This document shows positions 22,083 to 34,576 of a stretch of DNA of 50,610 nucleotides, piece after piece. Positions within the stretch are counted from its first letter, which is position 1. Every line of letters starts with the position of its first letter. The notes under the pieces are model-generated. The model made no database searches, had not been told where the DNA came from, and was given only the letters and a program-made list of their open reading frames with translations. The position numbers were made by a program, and so were the translations under genes. Source of the stretch: Octopus bimaculoides (lineage: Eukaryota); NCBI RefSeq assembly GCF_001194135.2, contig NC_068981.1:82795357-82845966 (forward strand). The letters are read 5' to 3'.

Positions 22083-23546
22083 ACACACACATACGCATCT
22101 GCTAGGGACGTGCTGTGTAAAACAGCAGAATGAATATCAGTGAGAGACGAAAATCCGTTCTAGGTGCGGCCAGCGAAAGCGGCAGATATATTTCGTTTTT
22201 CTTGGGCTTTTTGAATGATGCGTACTCGCAGACAGCGACACGCTCTGACTTTGATTTCTCATGGATGTTATCGCAGAAAATATACTTCATTCAGCTTATG
22301 TTTCTGGGCCGAATATACGAAGAAAATCGCATACATATATGAACACACATACACACTCTCTCTCTCTCTCACACACACAGAAACACACAGAGTCACACAC
22401 ACACATGCACGCACACGCACGCACGCATGGATGCACGCACGGATGTATGTACAAAAAGTTAGCCAGCGCACACATTTTTGTGTCATGTACAGCCTCTATA
22501 TGAATGTGACGTAGTCAGCACGCATACAGAAATACACATACACACATAAGCACCCAGCGCTTAAGTGCAATTAACAAAAATCAAAAGAGTTGTCTTTCCT
22601 TGAACATATTTCTTGCCACACTTTTATAGAGTGATATTTTTTTCTGTAAAGGTAAAATACAAGTATACACAGATCATACATACATACATACATACATACA
22701 TACATACACACACACACATATATATATTGTACTAATACGTAACATACACATATGTGTATTTATATCTGAATGAATATGTATATATACATATATATAGATA
22801 TATCATCATAAATATACAGGGATTAGCAATTGAGTTGCTTCTCCAACATACTGAAAATTTAGAAATAGCAGTCAAAGAACTACTGATTCTAAACTACAAA
22901 TTTTTCTCTAAAACGGATGGCGATATTTATGGCACACCNNNNNNNNNNNNNNNNNNNNNNNNNNNNNNNNNNNNNNNNNNNNNNNNNNNNNNNNNNNNNN
23001 NNNNNNNNNNNNNNNNNNNNNNNNNNNNNNNNNNNNNNNNNNNNNNNNNNNNNNNNNNNNNNNNNNNNNNNNNNNNNNNNNNNNNNNNNNNNNNNNNNNN
23101 NNNNNNNNNNNNNNNNNNNNNNNNNNNNNNNNNNNNNNNNNNNNNNNNNNNNNNNNNNNNNNNNNNNNNNNNNNNNNNNNNNNNNNNNNNNNNNNNNNNN
23201 NNNNNNNNNNNNNNNNNNNNNNNNNNNNNNNNNNNNNNNNNNNNNNNNNNNNNNNNNNNNNNNNNNNNNNNNNNNNNNNNNNNNNNNNNNNNNNNNNNNN
23301 NNNNNNNNNNNNNNNNNNNNNNNNNNNNNNNNNNNNNNNNNNNNNNNNNNNNNNNNNNNNNNNNNNNNNGATATATCATCATAAATATACAGGGATTAGC
23401 AATTGAGTTGCTTCTCCAACATACTGAAAATTTAGAAATAGCAGTCAAAGAACTACTGATTCTAAACTACAAATTTTTCTCTAAAACGGATGGCGATATT
23501 TATGGCACACCATACTGAACTACTTGGCAAAATTGACGATTTCTTG

Positions 23547-23598
23547 TATATATATAGATATATATATATATGTATGTATATATACGTATATGTACATG

Positions 23599-23629
<31 letters not shown>

Positions 23630-23967
23630 GTGTATATAAATGTATATATATGTATATATATATATGTGTATATATATGTATATATATATATGTGTATATA
23701 TATGTATATATATATATGTATATATATGTGTATATATATATGTATATATATATGTATATATATGTATATATATATGTATATATTTATATGTGTATATATA
23801 TGTATATATATATAAATGTATATATATATATGTATATATATATGTGTATATATATGTATATATACGTATATATATATGTGTATATATATGTATATATATA
23901 TGTGTACGCATATATATGAATATATATATGTGTACGTATATATATGTATATATATATATGTGTATAA

Positions 23968-24014
<47 letters not shown>
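23547..24014. repeat. Long imperfect (TA)n/(TATG) tract ending in (TG)n
   Basis: Read directly from the sequence. Confidence 0.95.
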
Positions 24015-24015
<1 letters not shown>

Positions 24016-24420
24016 ATGGCTCGCCACATCTTTTCTCTGTGGATATCCCCTCACCACTATCATTATAAGCCTTGCCAGAGCAGGCTCCGTGGGGCGTGCT
24101 ATACTCTCTTTCTCCGCATCCGCCCCGCCGTTGTCTGTCTCCTCTTTCCCCTCACCTACCACTCCTCCGCCCATCCCCTCCAACGCACCATTCTCCGTGT
24201 CTTACAACGACTCCAGTCTGAGCCCTCTACCTCACACATATTCCCCAACCTACCACTCCCCTCTTTCAAACGAGCCCACAACCTGCAAGACTTCCTGGTC
24301 CTCAGTTTCTTCCCTAACCCCACCTCACAACCTGGCTCGTTCCCCAGATCCCGCACACGCTGCCGCACCATCTATTTGATGTTCATACACCTGTCTTCGT
24401 CTTTTGTTTTTCTGTAAATT
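24015..24420 (+). mobile_element. Penelope-like element fragment (RT thumb/linker plus 3' terminal tail, internally deleted)
   Basis: Frameshifted peptides [10 protein letters not shown] (RGYP motif) and FPLTYH...IFPNLPLPSFKRAHNLQDFLVLS...PGSFPRSRTRCRT, typical of the PLE region between RT and GIY-YIG. Confidence 0.75.
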
Positions 24421-24422
24421 TC

Positions 24423-25530
24423 AGACAGGTGTATAAACAACAAGAAGGTGTATTAGTTTGACGCTCATGAAGGTGAGAAAGAATTTACATCTCTTCAAGA
24501 GAAATGAACACGAGGAAATAAACAGAGAGAATATAAAAAAAAAACTTGTAGATTTAGCGGTCAATCATGGAAACTAGTTGGAAAATGTAGTTGGACAAGA
24601 GAGCTAGGAAGAAGGGGAGATAATAAAGTACAGGTGATCCCAAAATGAAGGTCCACGTGCGTGTATGTGAGAGAGTGTGTGTGCGTGTGGATAGGGGCTA
24701 GTGACTTTGACGTGTGGATCTGTGCTTGTATAAGCGTGTGCGTCTGTAACGTGTGGGTGTGTGGGTGTGCGGATGATGGTGTGTGGGTGTGCAGATGGTG
24801 GTGTGTGGTGTAAGTGCTGGGAAATGGTCAGTGTGGTGTGATGTGATGTGGTGTGATGGTGTAGTTGTGCGTGGTATGGTGTGGTAGTGTGGGTGCATGG
24901 GGATGTGAGGGTGAGGTGTGGGGATAGGGGTGGGGTATGTGGATGTGTGGAAGTGGGGTGTGGATGGAGGGAGGTAAGAGTGAAGAGAGAAGGTGGATAG
25001 GAGTGAAGAGAGGAAGTAGATGTTAGATAAAGAGAGGAGAGGAGGGAGTCAGATGAAGAGGGAAGAGAGTTGAGCCCACATGGTGCAAAGGAGCGAAGAG
25101 AGAAGATTATTTCTTGTTCATGACGAAGGTGAGAGTCCGGATGGCTCCTGTGCAAAGACAATCAGAAAAGAGACAGATGTTTTAATGAATGACTGTTAGA
25201 GAGCGGAAATGGAGCGAGACCGGGGTGTCATTGCCGAGTCTAATGTCTCGGAGGTTCTCCGCGGACCAGTCAGACAAGCAGCGTCCCGTTTGACCGATGT
25301 ACAGAGAAGGGCAGAAAGAGCAAGGGATGCAGAAAATGACGTTGCTAGAAGTGCAGGTAAAGGAGTTAGTGATATGATAGGGACGATTATGGGTGCCTGT
25401 GAGGATGGTGGTTTTGGAGGGGTAAGGGCAAGTGCAGCAGCGTGGGTAGGAGCAGGAAAAAGAGCCAGGTTGTTAGGTGAGGTTAGGGAAGAAACTGTGG
25501 ACCAGGAGGTCACGTAGGTTGATGACAGAA
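24423..25530 (-). mobile_element. Penelope-like element 3' portion: linker, GIY-YIG endonuclease pseudogene, CA/CT-rich 3' region
   Basis: Minus-strand translation with stops and frameshifts: NLRDLLVHS..CSYPRCCTCPY..FTCTSSNVIFCIPCSFCPSLYIGQTGRCLSDWSAENLRDIRLGNDTPVSLHFRS..HS..SLHRSHPDSHLRHEQEIIFSLRSFAPCGLN (coding about 25525-25050). Confidence 0.85.
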
Positions 25531-26019
25531 ATGCTATATGAAGCCTGAACACGATATAGGATAATAGTAACAAGTATGAATAATAGTATAGACACATACT
25601 CTCTCTCGCTCCCTCTCTCTCAGACCGTCTTTGCAAAATGATTTGAAAACACACAAGCGCGCGCAAACACACAAACATACACACACACAGAGTATGTATA
25701 TGATGTGGTATTTTAACTTGATGCGCATTTCAGAGTTTAGACTTCGCAGCAACCTAATGTGAACCCCGAGCTGTGAAATTAATATTCTTTGCAACAGGTA
25801 TTGAGTACAATATTCACAAATCTCTTGACACATACCAATTGCATATATGGATTGCATATGGATCTTTTTATTATTAGGAATAAGAGTATTCCGTGCAACA
25901 GTCTTATAATCTGGTATAACTATGTATGTATGTATGTATATATGTATGTATGTATGTTCGTATGTATGCATATATGAATGTATGTGTGTGTATGTATGCA
26001 TGTATGTATGTATCTATGT

Positions 26020-26230
26020 ATGTTTTTGTGTGTCTGTGTTTCTCTCCACACCATCGCTTGACAACAGATGCAGGTGTGTTTACGTCCTCGTTAACTAGCG
26101 GTTCGGCCTAAGAGACCGATAGAACAAGTACTACGCTTACGAAGCGTAAGTCCTAGGGTCGATCCGTTCGACTAAAGGCGGTGCTCCAGCATGGCTACAG
26201 TCAAATGACTGAAACAAGTAAAAGAATAAA
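26020..26230 (+). mobile_element. SINE family B, 3' half
   Basis: gagaccgatagaacaagtact...gggtcgatccgttcgactaaaggcggtgctccagcatggctacagtcaaatgactgaaacaagtaaaaga; reverse complement of 35680-35860. Confidence 0.85.
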
Positions 26231-26481
26231 CGAATATATACATATATAAGCATGTGTATTTACAGACCCACAGACCCACACGGCCACATCATTAAACGTA
26301 CGTTTGTTTAATGTTTAACTGTTGAAGAAGCAGTTATTTGATAAGAATGGATAGTCACATCATGTTCTACGTGTACGTATTTAACGCTGACAGTCTCTCT
26401 GTCTATCACTTCTGCGTCACTGGTTATTTTTCTTTGTGTGACACTATCCTGATCTGTTTTCACAAACACACACACACACAC

Positions 26482-26530
<49 letters not shown>

Positions 26531-27588
26531 CACTCTCTCACTCATTCATATTTATGTATGTATTCACTCTCTAACTAGCCACCTATCTAATTATTTCTCG
26601 TCCTCTCTTTCATTTTACGAGTCAATAAGTTTTTCGTTTTTTTCATTTTGATTTCTCTGTATGTATTTTCTTGTTTACCAAGCGCACAACTATGTAGTAA
26701 ATGACTGAAAGATTTACAATTACATGTGTAACTTGATGTAGTAAAAGAAAATTAACTAGTGCTCTAAAAACGGTTACAAATTATTCCACAATGTTCTTCA
26801 AATCAACAAATTTAATTAAAATTACACAGCCATCACTCGGACACGCTTTCATCATAGATGAAACATAAATGATCTCATGTAACAAATTTAGTTCTCTTTA
26901 TACTTTGTTGAACTAAGAACATTTTGAGAGTTCGGCCATTTTGATCAATGGTGGATGTCAAATTGGATTCACTGATTTGATAAATGATGTATTATTTTCA
27001 AAGAAATTTGAGGCTTGTATTTAGAAGACTCGAGCAGTGTTAGATACAGAACATAAACATGTAACCACATAAATTTACACAAAATTGAAAACGGGAGTAA
27101 AATAATTGATTAAAGAAAGAAAGAAAGAAAGAAAGAAAGAAGGAAATGAATAAATAAAAACGATTTACAGAGTTACATATTGAACACACATAGATAGATT
27201 ATGATATGATTCATATATCGCTTTATACACTCCATTATTGAAGTATGTATTTCTAACAAGCTAATAGATAGAACCGAAACGACATATAAATACTTGGAAA
27301 ATATACAAACTCGGAAACACATTATTTATCTATCTATCTATCTATCTATCCATCCATCTAACTAACTAAAAGTCTATTTATATATCAATATGTTTGCCTG
27401 TCTGTCTTTCTGTCTGTCTAATAATCTATCTATATAACTAACAAACTATTCTTCTTGATATGTGTGTAAGCATGTAGTATAAGTCTATGTATACGTGTTT
27501 TCATGCGCGCGTGTGAATCAGGATCACACAAAGACTGAAGGAGAAAGAACAGAAGAGAAAATCAGTGAGAGAGAGGGAGCGAGAGAGA

Positions 27589-27624
<36 letters not shown>

Positions 27625-28793
27625 AAAGTGAAGAAAGAGAAACATGAGAACAATGTGTGATAAATAAAGACGAATAAATTTGATATGAAAAAGGAAAGTA
27701 TACTATAATCAAAAGGCACAGATACATAAAAACAGAATACTTAAGAAAAAAATGCGATGCAAATGAGTTTAGCTATCATATTCTTGAATCAAAACATGTA
27801 GAAGAAACGGTTTTATAAGCAACACTTAACCAATTCATTGTCTTCTGCCTCTTGGGACTATTAATATAAAGAGGGATTGCAAACTGATTATCCGTTCGAT
27901 TTTTATAAAGAAGTAACATAGTTATGAAAAAATTAGCCGTCAATAAATATAAAATGTATAGAGAAAATAAATGACTGTAATTTTTTAATAGATTAGGTAT
28001 TTACTACCAGCTTTGGTCCTTAGAGAACATATGAAAGTGTTTCTATTTTCTTTTTTTATTTTTTTCTTGCAGTATACATTGAGATAATAAGAAAGTTAGA
28101 AAGTTGAACCCCTTATCTTAATCTTGATATTATTAATGGTTATATGTATTTTTTTTTTGTTCTTTAAGCATTCCAGATTTCTTGAGTGAAAGTTACGCAC
28201 TTGTGTACACACAGGCGCGCGCGCGTGCACACACAGATATACACACAGATACACACACACACAAAGCCAGTCACATAGACTACAAGCATTTTAAAGCACA
28301 CCATCATAAATTATGCGCATAAAACACATAAATATGCGCAATATTTTCCATATACGTATGTAATTAGGTATGTATGTATATTTATAAATATATAAACATA
28401 AACATAAATATATATATNNNNNNNNNNNNNNNNNNNNNNNNNNNNNNNNNNNNNNNNNNNNNNNNNNNNNNNNNNNNNNNNNNNNNNNNNNNNNNNNNNN
28501 NNNNNNNNNNNNNNNNNNNNNNNNNNNNNNNNNNNNNNNNNNNNNNNNNNNNNNNNNNNNNNNNNNNNNNNNNNNNNNNNNNNNNNNNNNNNNNNNNNNN
28601 NNNNNNNNNNNNNNNNNNNNNNNNNNNNNNNNNNNNNNNNNNNNNNNNNNNNNNNNNNNNNNNNNNNNNNNNNNNNNATATATATATATATATACTTACA
28701 TGCGTATTAATATGCATAGTAGTACAGTCATCCCTAGAACTAGAAGAATGATATCTGAAATTAAAAGAAAAATCTTGCTCTTTTCGTTTAAAG

Positions 28794-28834
28794 GTGGAAC
28801 GTGTTGTTTCAAACTTTACTTACAACTTTGGAAG
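28794..28834 (+). CDS. Candidate small exon (VERVVSNFTYNFG)
   Basis: Acceptor cttgctcttttcgtttaaag|, donor gaag|gtaaaa, 41 nt, phase 0 to 2. Confidence 0.15.
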
Positions 28835-29219
28835 GTAAAATGTTTTAAGCGTACGCACACGGTTACATGAACACGCATATGTATATAAACATATACACAC
28901 ACTCACACACACAAACGCACACACAGAACATATATGTATACACAGAACATGCGATTATGCTTCCTAAACTAGAAACCCTTGTATATGCAATATCTTAGCC
29001 AAAATTTGAATCTGTAAAAAGAACAACCATGGAATTTGGTATCAGTCTAAAATGCAACTCATAATACACACGAATCAAACGCCTGAAATACCTCACACCA
29101 TCTTCACTAACCTAAGAAATATAATTAAATTTCGTTTAGTAAATTATAATTATTAATACGCATACACGAGAGGTCTATCATTATAGAACACTATCCACAC
29201 AGTTTCAAAGTATGATATA

Positions 29220-29255
<36 letters not shown>

Positions 29256-29692
29256 TTACGCACTCATGTAAACACACGGACTCACACAGACTCACGAGCG
29301 CATACATAGGTGTGCGTGTGTGTGTGTTTGTGTATGTGAGTGTTGTGTCTGTATGTGTGTTTGTGCTTGTATACTAAATCTATATATTTTGCATCTCTCT
29401 AGGTCCGCCTGTCTTTGTCTTCGAATTAAACGAACAACTTCTTGATATCCATTAATATATAATTAGACATGTTGTATGTAACTTGAAATTGAGAATAATG
29501 CTGGTGCTACTATTTCTTTTTATTTTATTTTATTTTTTTAATATTATTTGTAATCATTAAAAGAAAATTTGTGTTACAGAAAAATAAGTAATATTAGTTA
29601 TGTCAAACAGATTTCACCAATACTAACGACACGATCCAACATTTAATTTCTGACTATAATACACATGTATCGGTCAGCATGTCTGAACATAC

Positions 29693-29833
29693 TTGGAAAT
29701 TTTAAACAGTGGTTAAGTAAATGCAAATCATAAAAATGTACAAGATTTTCAACGTCAGACGTATTACAATCAGTCAACAACTTTGTCATGAATTCAAAAC
29801 TGTTACAAGTCATGGATTTTTGAACACTTATAA
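29693..29833 (-). CDS. Candidate exon (ISVQKSMTCNSFEFMTKLLTDCNTSDVENLVHFYDLHLLNHCLKFP)
   Basis: Acceptor gttttgtttctctgcacaagcag|, donor caa|gtatgt, 141 nt, phase 1 to 1. Confidence 0.2.
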
Positions 29834-29845
29834 CTGCTTGTGCAG

Positions 29846-29920
29846 AGAAACAAAACACCATTGACAATTGAAATGAAAAACCCGGCTTCCCTGCGCATGG
29901 ATCGTGGCATAGAAGATAAC
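29846..29920 (+). CDS. Candidate exon (RNKTPLTIEMKNPASLRMDRGIEDN)
   Basis: Acceptor ctgcttgtgcag| (weak pyrimidine tract), consensus donor aac|gtaagt, 75 nt, phase 0 to 0. Confidence 0.22.
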
Positions 29921-30800
29921 GTAAGTGCAATATTTTATCGGCTGAAAAATATGAATTTTTTTTTTCTTTTGAGATCAGCTAAACTATCAAAAAAGAAACA
30001 TTCCCAGTCTATTGCGTTAGGCTAGCTGACATATAACAATATATGCGTGTATGTGTGTGTGTGTATGTACGTGCGTGTGTGTGTATCTATTTATGTGTGT
30101 ATATATATGTATGTATATAGATGCATGTATATATATATATGTATNNNNNNNNNNNNNNNNNNNNNNNNNNNNNNNNNNNNNNNNNNNNNNNNNNNNNNNN
30201 NNNNNNNNNNNNNNNNNNNNNNNNNNNNNNNNNNNNNNNNNNNNNNNNNNNNNNNNNNNNNNNNNNNNNNNNNNNNNNNNNNNNNNNNNNNNNNNNNNNN
30301 NNNNNNNNNNNNNNNNNNNNNNNNNNNNNNNNNNNNNNNNNNNNNNNNNNNNNNNNNNNNNNNNNNNNNNNNNNNNNNNNNNNNNNNNNNNNNNNNNNNN
30401 NNNNNNNNNNNNNNNNNNNNNNNNNNNNNNNNNNNNNNNNNNNNNNNNNNNNNNNNNNNNNNNNNNNNNNNNNNNNNNNNNNNNNNNNNNNNNNNNNNNN
30501 NNNNNNNNNNNNNNNNNNNNNNNNNNNNNNNNNNNNNNNNNNNNNNNTATACACATCTATACACATATATACATATTCGCACTCAATTCAACAGAATATC
30601 ATCAAATGCCAACAGAGGAATTTATAAAATCTAAATCAAAACAACCAGCTTTAAAAACAAAACGAAAGGACAAAAAGTTTACCAAACAAATACAAATACA
30701 CGCACACACCCTCACACACCCTCACACACACACGTACACAAAAAATTATATATGTATATATACCTATATACACATAAAAATATATATATTTATATATATA

Positions 30801-30835
<35 letters not shown>

Positions 30836-31659
30836 GTATGTATATATATATATGTATGTATGCAGGTATGTATATGTATAAAAATTGAAAACAATAACCT
30901 AGCACAAAAGATAAATCCTTGAAAGAATTTTGTGAGAAAACTATTTTCTCACTCTCTACATTGCTTTAAACCAAACGCTAATTGAATTCATATTGCTCTG
31001 ACTGTTTCTATAACTTATCTTCATTTCATCGAATATTTCTAGGCCTAACTATCTGTCTTATGTGAATATCTGCTTGTCTAACTGACTACGACTTGCTAAC
31101 CGATTAGTGCGTTTGTTTGTTTCCCTGTTTGCTTTCTCTCTTTCTATCTTCTTCTTCGTCTTTGTGTGCGCGTGCGTGTATGTATGCATATGTATCAGAG
31201 TGTGTATGGGTGCGCGCGCGTGTGTGTATACATCCTTATATACATATACGTGTATATTTATGCCTAAACTCAGACTTATATGTCTGTGTTTGTGCATATA
31301 CACAATATGTCTACGTATTGGTATATGAAGTATGCTATCAACTGAAAATAATGTTTCCTAATATATATATACTCCCGTATGTATACATCTGTATGTATTT
31401 GTATATATGTAATATATGTATACATTTATATATATATATATATATATATGTGTGAGTGTGTATGTCTTTATGGCTGTCAAGTGCACATATTTGACTTAAA
31501 AACATTCGTTCAATCATACATTCATCATGTTCATTTCCAGTTATTATATTTTCATTCCATTACCATTTCGCTTTTAATTCATCTATTTCTGTTTCTACTA
31601 ATGAATGAATATGTAAAAACGTACCTATTGACGACTACATATATATATGTGTCTGTGCT

Positions 31660-31733
<74 letters not shown>

Positions 31734-33561
31734 TGCGTGTGTGTGCACATACATATATATGTACGTATATATAAGTAGAAATATGTGTGTATATTTATCT
31801 TTCTTCACTGTCTCACCTTATTTCGTTTTCTTCCTAAAATTTCTACCTTATTCTATATACAAATGTATTACATACTCTATGAATATGCGGTATTCTATAT
31901 GTATATCATTTATCAGCCACTCTACGACACCGTATTTTTTCAGATTGTCTTTACCTTTTTCATCATCACGGAGTCTAACATTTCCGACAAATATACAAAT
32001 TCATCATTTTTGTGTACATGCTGTTGAGATAAGCTATTGCTGCGTGGATAATGTTGATGACCGAATGACACAATGGAAACAAAATGATCCTCGTTGTACA
32101 AGCATCTCATATCTAGCGAAGTCTTTCAAACAGCCAACCCACATGTTCATGATGTTCCAACATGTGCATATACTGAGTATCTCTGTAATCCCATGGGCGA
32201 TATGAGAGAAGAGTACAGAGATACAATAGGAACACTTTCAAAGGCCGTTAGTGACAAGAGTTGTTATCATTTACATTATTATCTCAATTTTTTTACGAAA
32301 CTAAATGATCAGTTATAAATTCTCTCAGTAACATGGAAACTCAGCATTTAAGCTCGTACATATTTCAGCGAATAGTCGTATCGAACACAAGCATTTCAGA
32401 TATTAAAACAACCACTATCAGTTAACGGAGATAAGAAATATTATTGAAGGATGTTTCCACTGAATAGTTCTCAGACGCTTAATGTGTAAGGCTTATTCAG
32501 GTAAAAAGATAGCGAAACAAACAGCATTCCATGAACAGAAGTCTGTGCAGTCATACATTATCGCAATCTAGTCAGCTATACTTTCTCGTTCTACGTTTCG
32601 GAGTATTTGACATGTCTGAACCTATGAGACTTGGCCTATTTATGTATTATTTAAATTATTGCTCTTATGCGTTAACAGTATACTAAGTCTCCAAACGTTC
32701 CCCCAACAAATATGAATACAGTTTGAGTGCTTCATTATTTCGTTTGTCAATATATGCCCGCAAAGAAACACTTCTTTATCTCTCTCTGTGTCTCTATGTA
32801 TCTCTACGTGTTTACCTCTGTCTGTCTGTCTGTCTGTCCTCTCACCCCCTCTCTCTCTCTGTCTCTCTCTCTGTCTCTCTCTGTCTGTTTCTCTCTCTCT
32901 CTCTATATATATATATATGAATGTATTCAAATATATAAATATGTATCTGCATATATGTATTAAAACATACATGCATTTATATATGTATATGAACAGATTA
33001 TTGCGTGTGTTTTATATTATGCACACACATACACACCTATACATTAGTGTCTTAAGAGCCATTATAAACGTGACATCTTGTGACTAGCTTAATCATATAT
33101 CTTTCCTCTTTTCTTATACACATTTGCTCTATGTGCCAACTAGTGTAGTGCAATATCTGTTTAAATAGCTTCCAGTTAATTTCTAATTCGTCTTCAGATG
33201 TATTGAATTGTCTTCCTGGTAATGTTATTTATTTCAACACCTGTGTATCAAAAATATGTTTTGTTTTGTTTTATCATTTTTCTTGCAGCATTCTAATAAC
33301 AGTTAATGCATTATTTCTCGCCACCTTCCAAACTAATCGTTGACATTAGATTTGAAAAATCAAGAGATTAAATGGAAGCCAATAGGTATGAAGAGAATAA
33401 ATCAAAACAAATAAACTAAGTCACAGAAAATAGGTACAAACATGTGTATGCGCTGGTTGCAAGAATGGGAATGGGAAATATATGGGAAGCAAAAGAAAGA
33501 TCTTTAGGCATATATATCGAATAATTACTGTCGTACTGCATTATATACGTGTGTGTGTGTG

Positions 33562-33630
<69 letters not shown>
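33562..33630. repeat. (TATC)n microsatellite
   Basis: Read directly from the sequence. Confidence 0.95.
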
Positions 33631-33631
<1 letters not shown>

Positions 33632-33686
33632 ACTCTGTCTGTCTGTCTGATAGCTAGCTAGCTATCCATATATATACATAAACAGA

Positions 33687-33736
<50 letters not shown>

Positions 33737-33821
33737 CATACGCATCACATCTACACATGTTTACATATATATGTGTATATATATGTATATATACATGTAT
33801 ACAAGTGTATAAATGTTTATA

Positions 33822-33853
<32 letters not shown>

Positions 33854-34040
33854 AATATATATNNNNNNNNNNNNNNNNNNNNNNNNNNNNNNNNNNNNNN
33901 NNNNNNNNNNNNNNNNNNNNNNNNNNNNNNNNNNNNNNNNNNNNNNNNNNNNNNNNNNNNNNNNNNNNNNNNNNNNNNNNNNNNNNNNNNNNNNNNNNNN
34001 NNNNNNNNNNNNNNNNNNNNNNNNNNNNNNNNNNNNNNNN

Positions 34041-34081
<41 letters not shown>

Positions 34082-34166
34082 TATATACATGTGTAAGTAT
34101 AAACATATATACATACAATGCAGTTCAACATTTAGACATATGTGCGCGCGCGCTTGTCTGAGCGTA

Positions 34167-34576
34167 TCTATTTATAAACTTATATATATAAAAGACAGAT
34201 TCTATCCGTTTATGTGTCTGTTTGTCCTATAAAGCGAAAGTAGATAGTTCAAAGGTGACAACACTAATTGTGCACAAACCTATGATGAACTGGATTGAAG
34301 CAAATATTCTCACTGGTTGTTGTAAACGTGACACCATCTTTGTTCCTTGCGTACCTGTTATACCACCTAATGTCCCATTCAAATTTAAGCCCTTGCAATT
34401 TCCTATCCCACTTTCTTTTGCTGTTAGCATTAGTAAAAGTCAGGGCCAAACACTAAAAGTTGCTGGACTGCAACTTGAAGAACAAACAAACATTCGTATA
34501 TGAAATCCATTTTTTTTTTTTAAAACAATTCTTACATGTTTTTTTTCTGATGTATAGCACACACATACAGGACTAG
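34167..34576 (+). mobile_element. 410-bp internally deleted Helitron retaining a helicase fragment
   Basis: A|TC 5' start at 34167, CTAG|T end at 34573-34577. Internal frame 34222-34503 reads IFVPCVPVIPPNVPFKFKPLQFPIPLSFAVSISKSQGQTLKVAGLQLEE, the Helitron Pif1-like helicase motif V region. Confidence 0.8.

Noticed and set aside
22797-23511. Exact 142-nt direct repeat flanking a 431-N gap, considered as a tandem array or LTR pair
   Set aside because: Both copies touch the gap and are identical, so an assembly overlap is most likely. It cannot be resolved without reads.
23462-24068. IY/YT/CV-rich ORFs
   Set aside because: Translation of (TA)/(TG) repeats.
25209-25684. Plus-strand 102-aa ORF and minus-strand 162-aa ORF
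   Set aside because: They are antisense or off-frame readings of the PLE GIY-YIG pseudogene.
31990-32318. Two overlapping protein-like plus-strand frames (VDNVDDRMTQWKQNDPRC; SEVFQTANPHVHDVPTC...)
   Set aside because: No recognisable family and no convincing acceptor/donor pair; ORFs of this length are expected by chance across the window.
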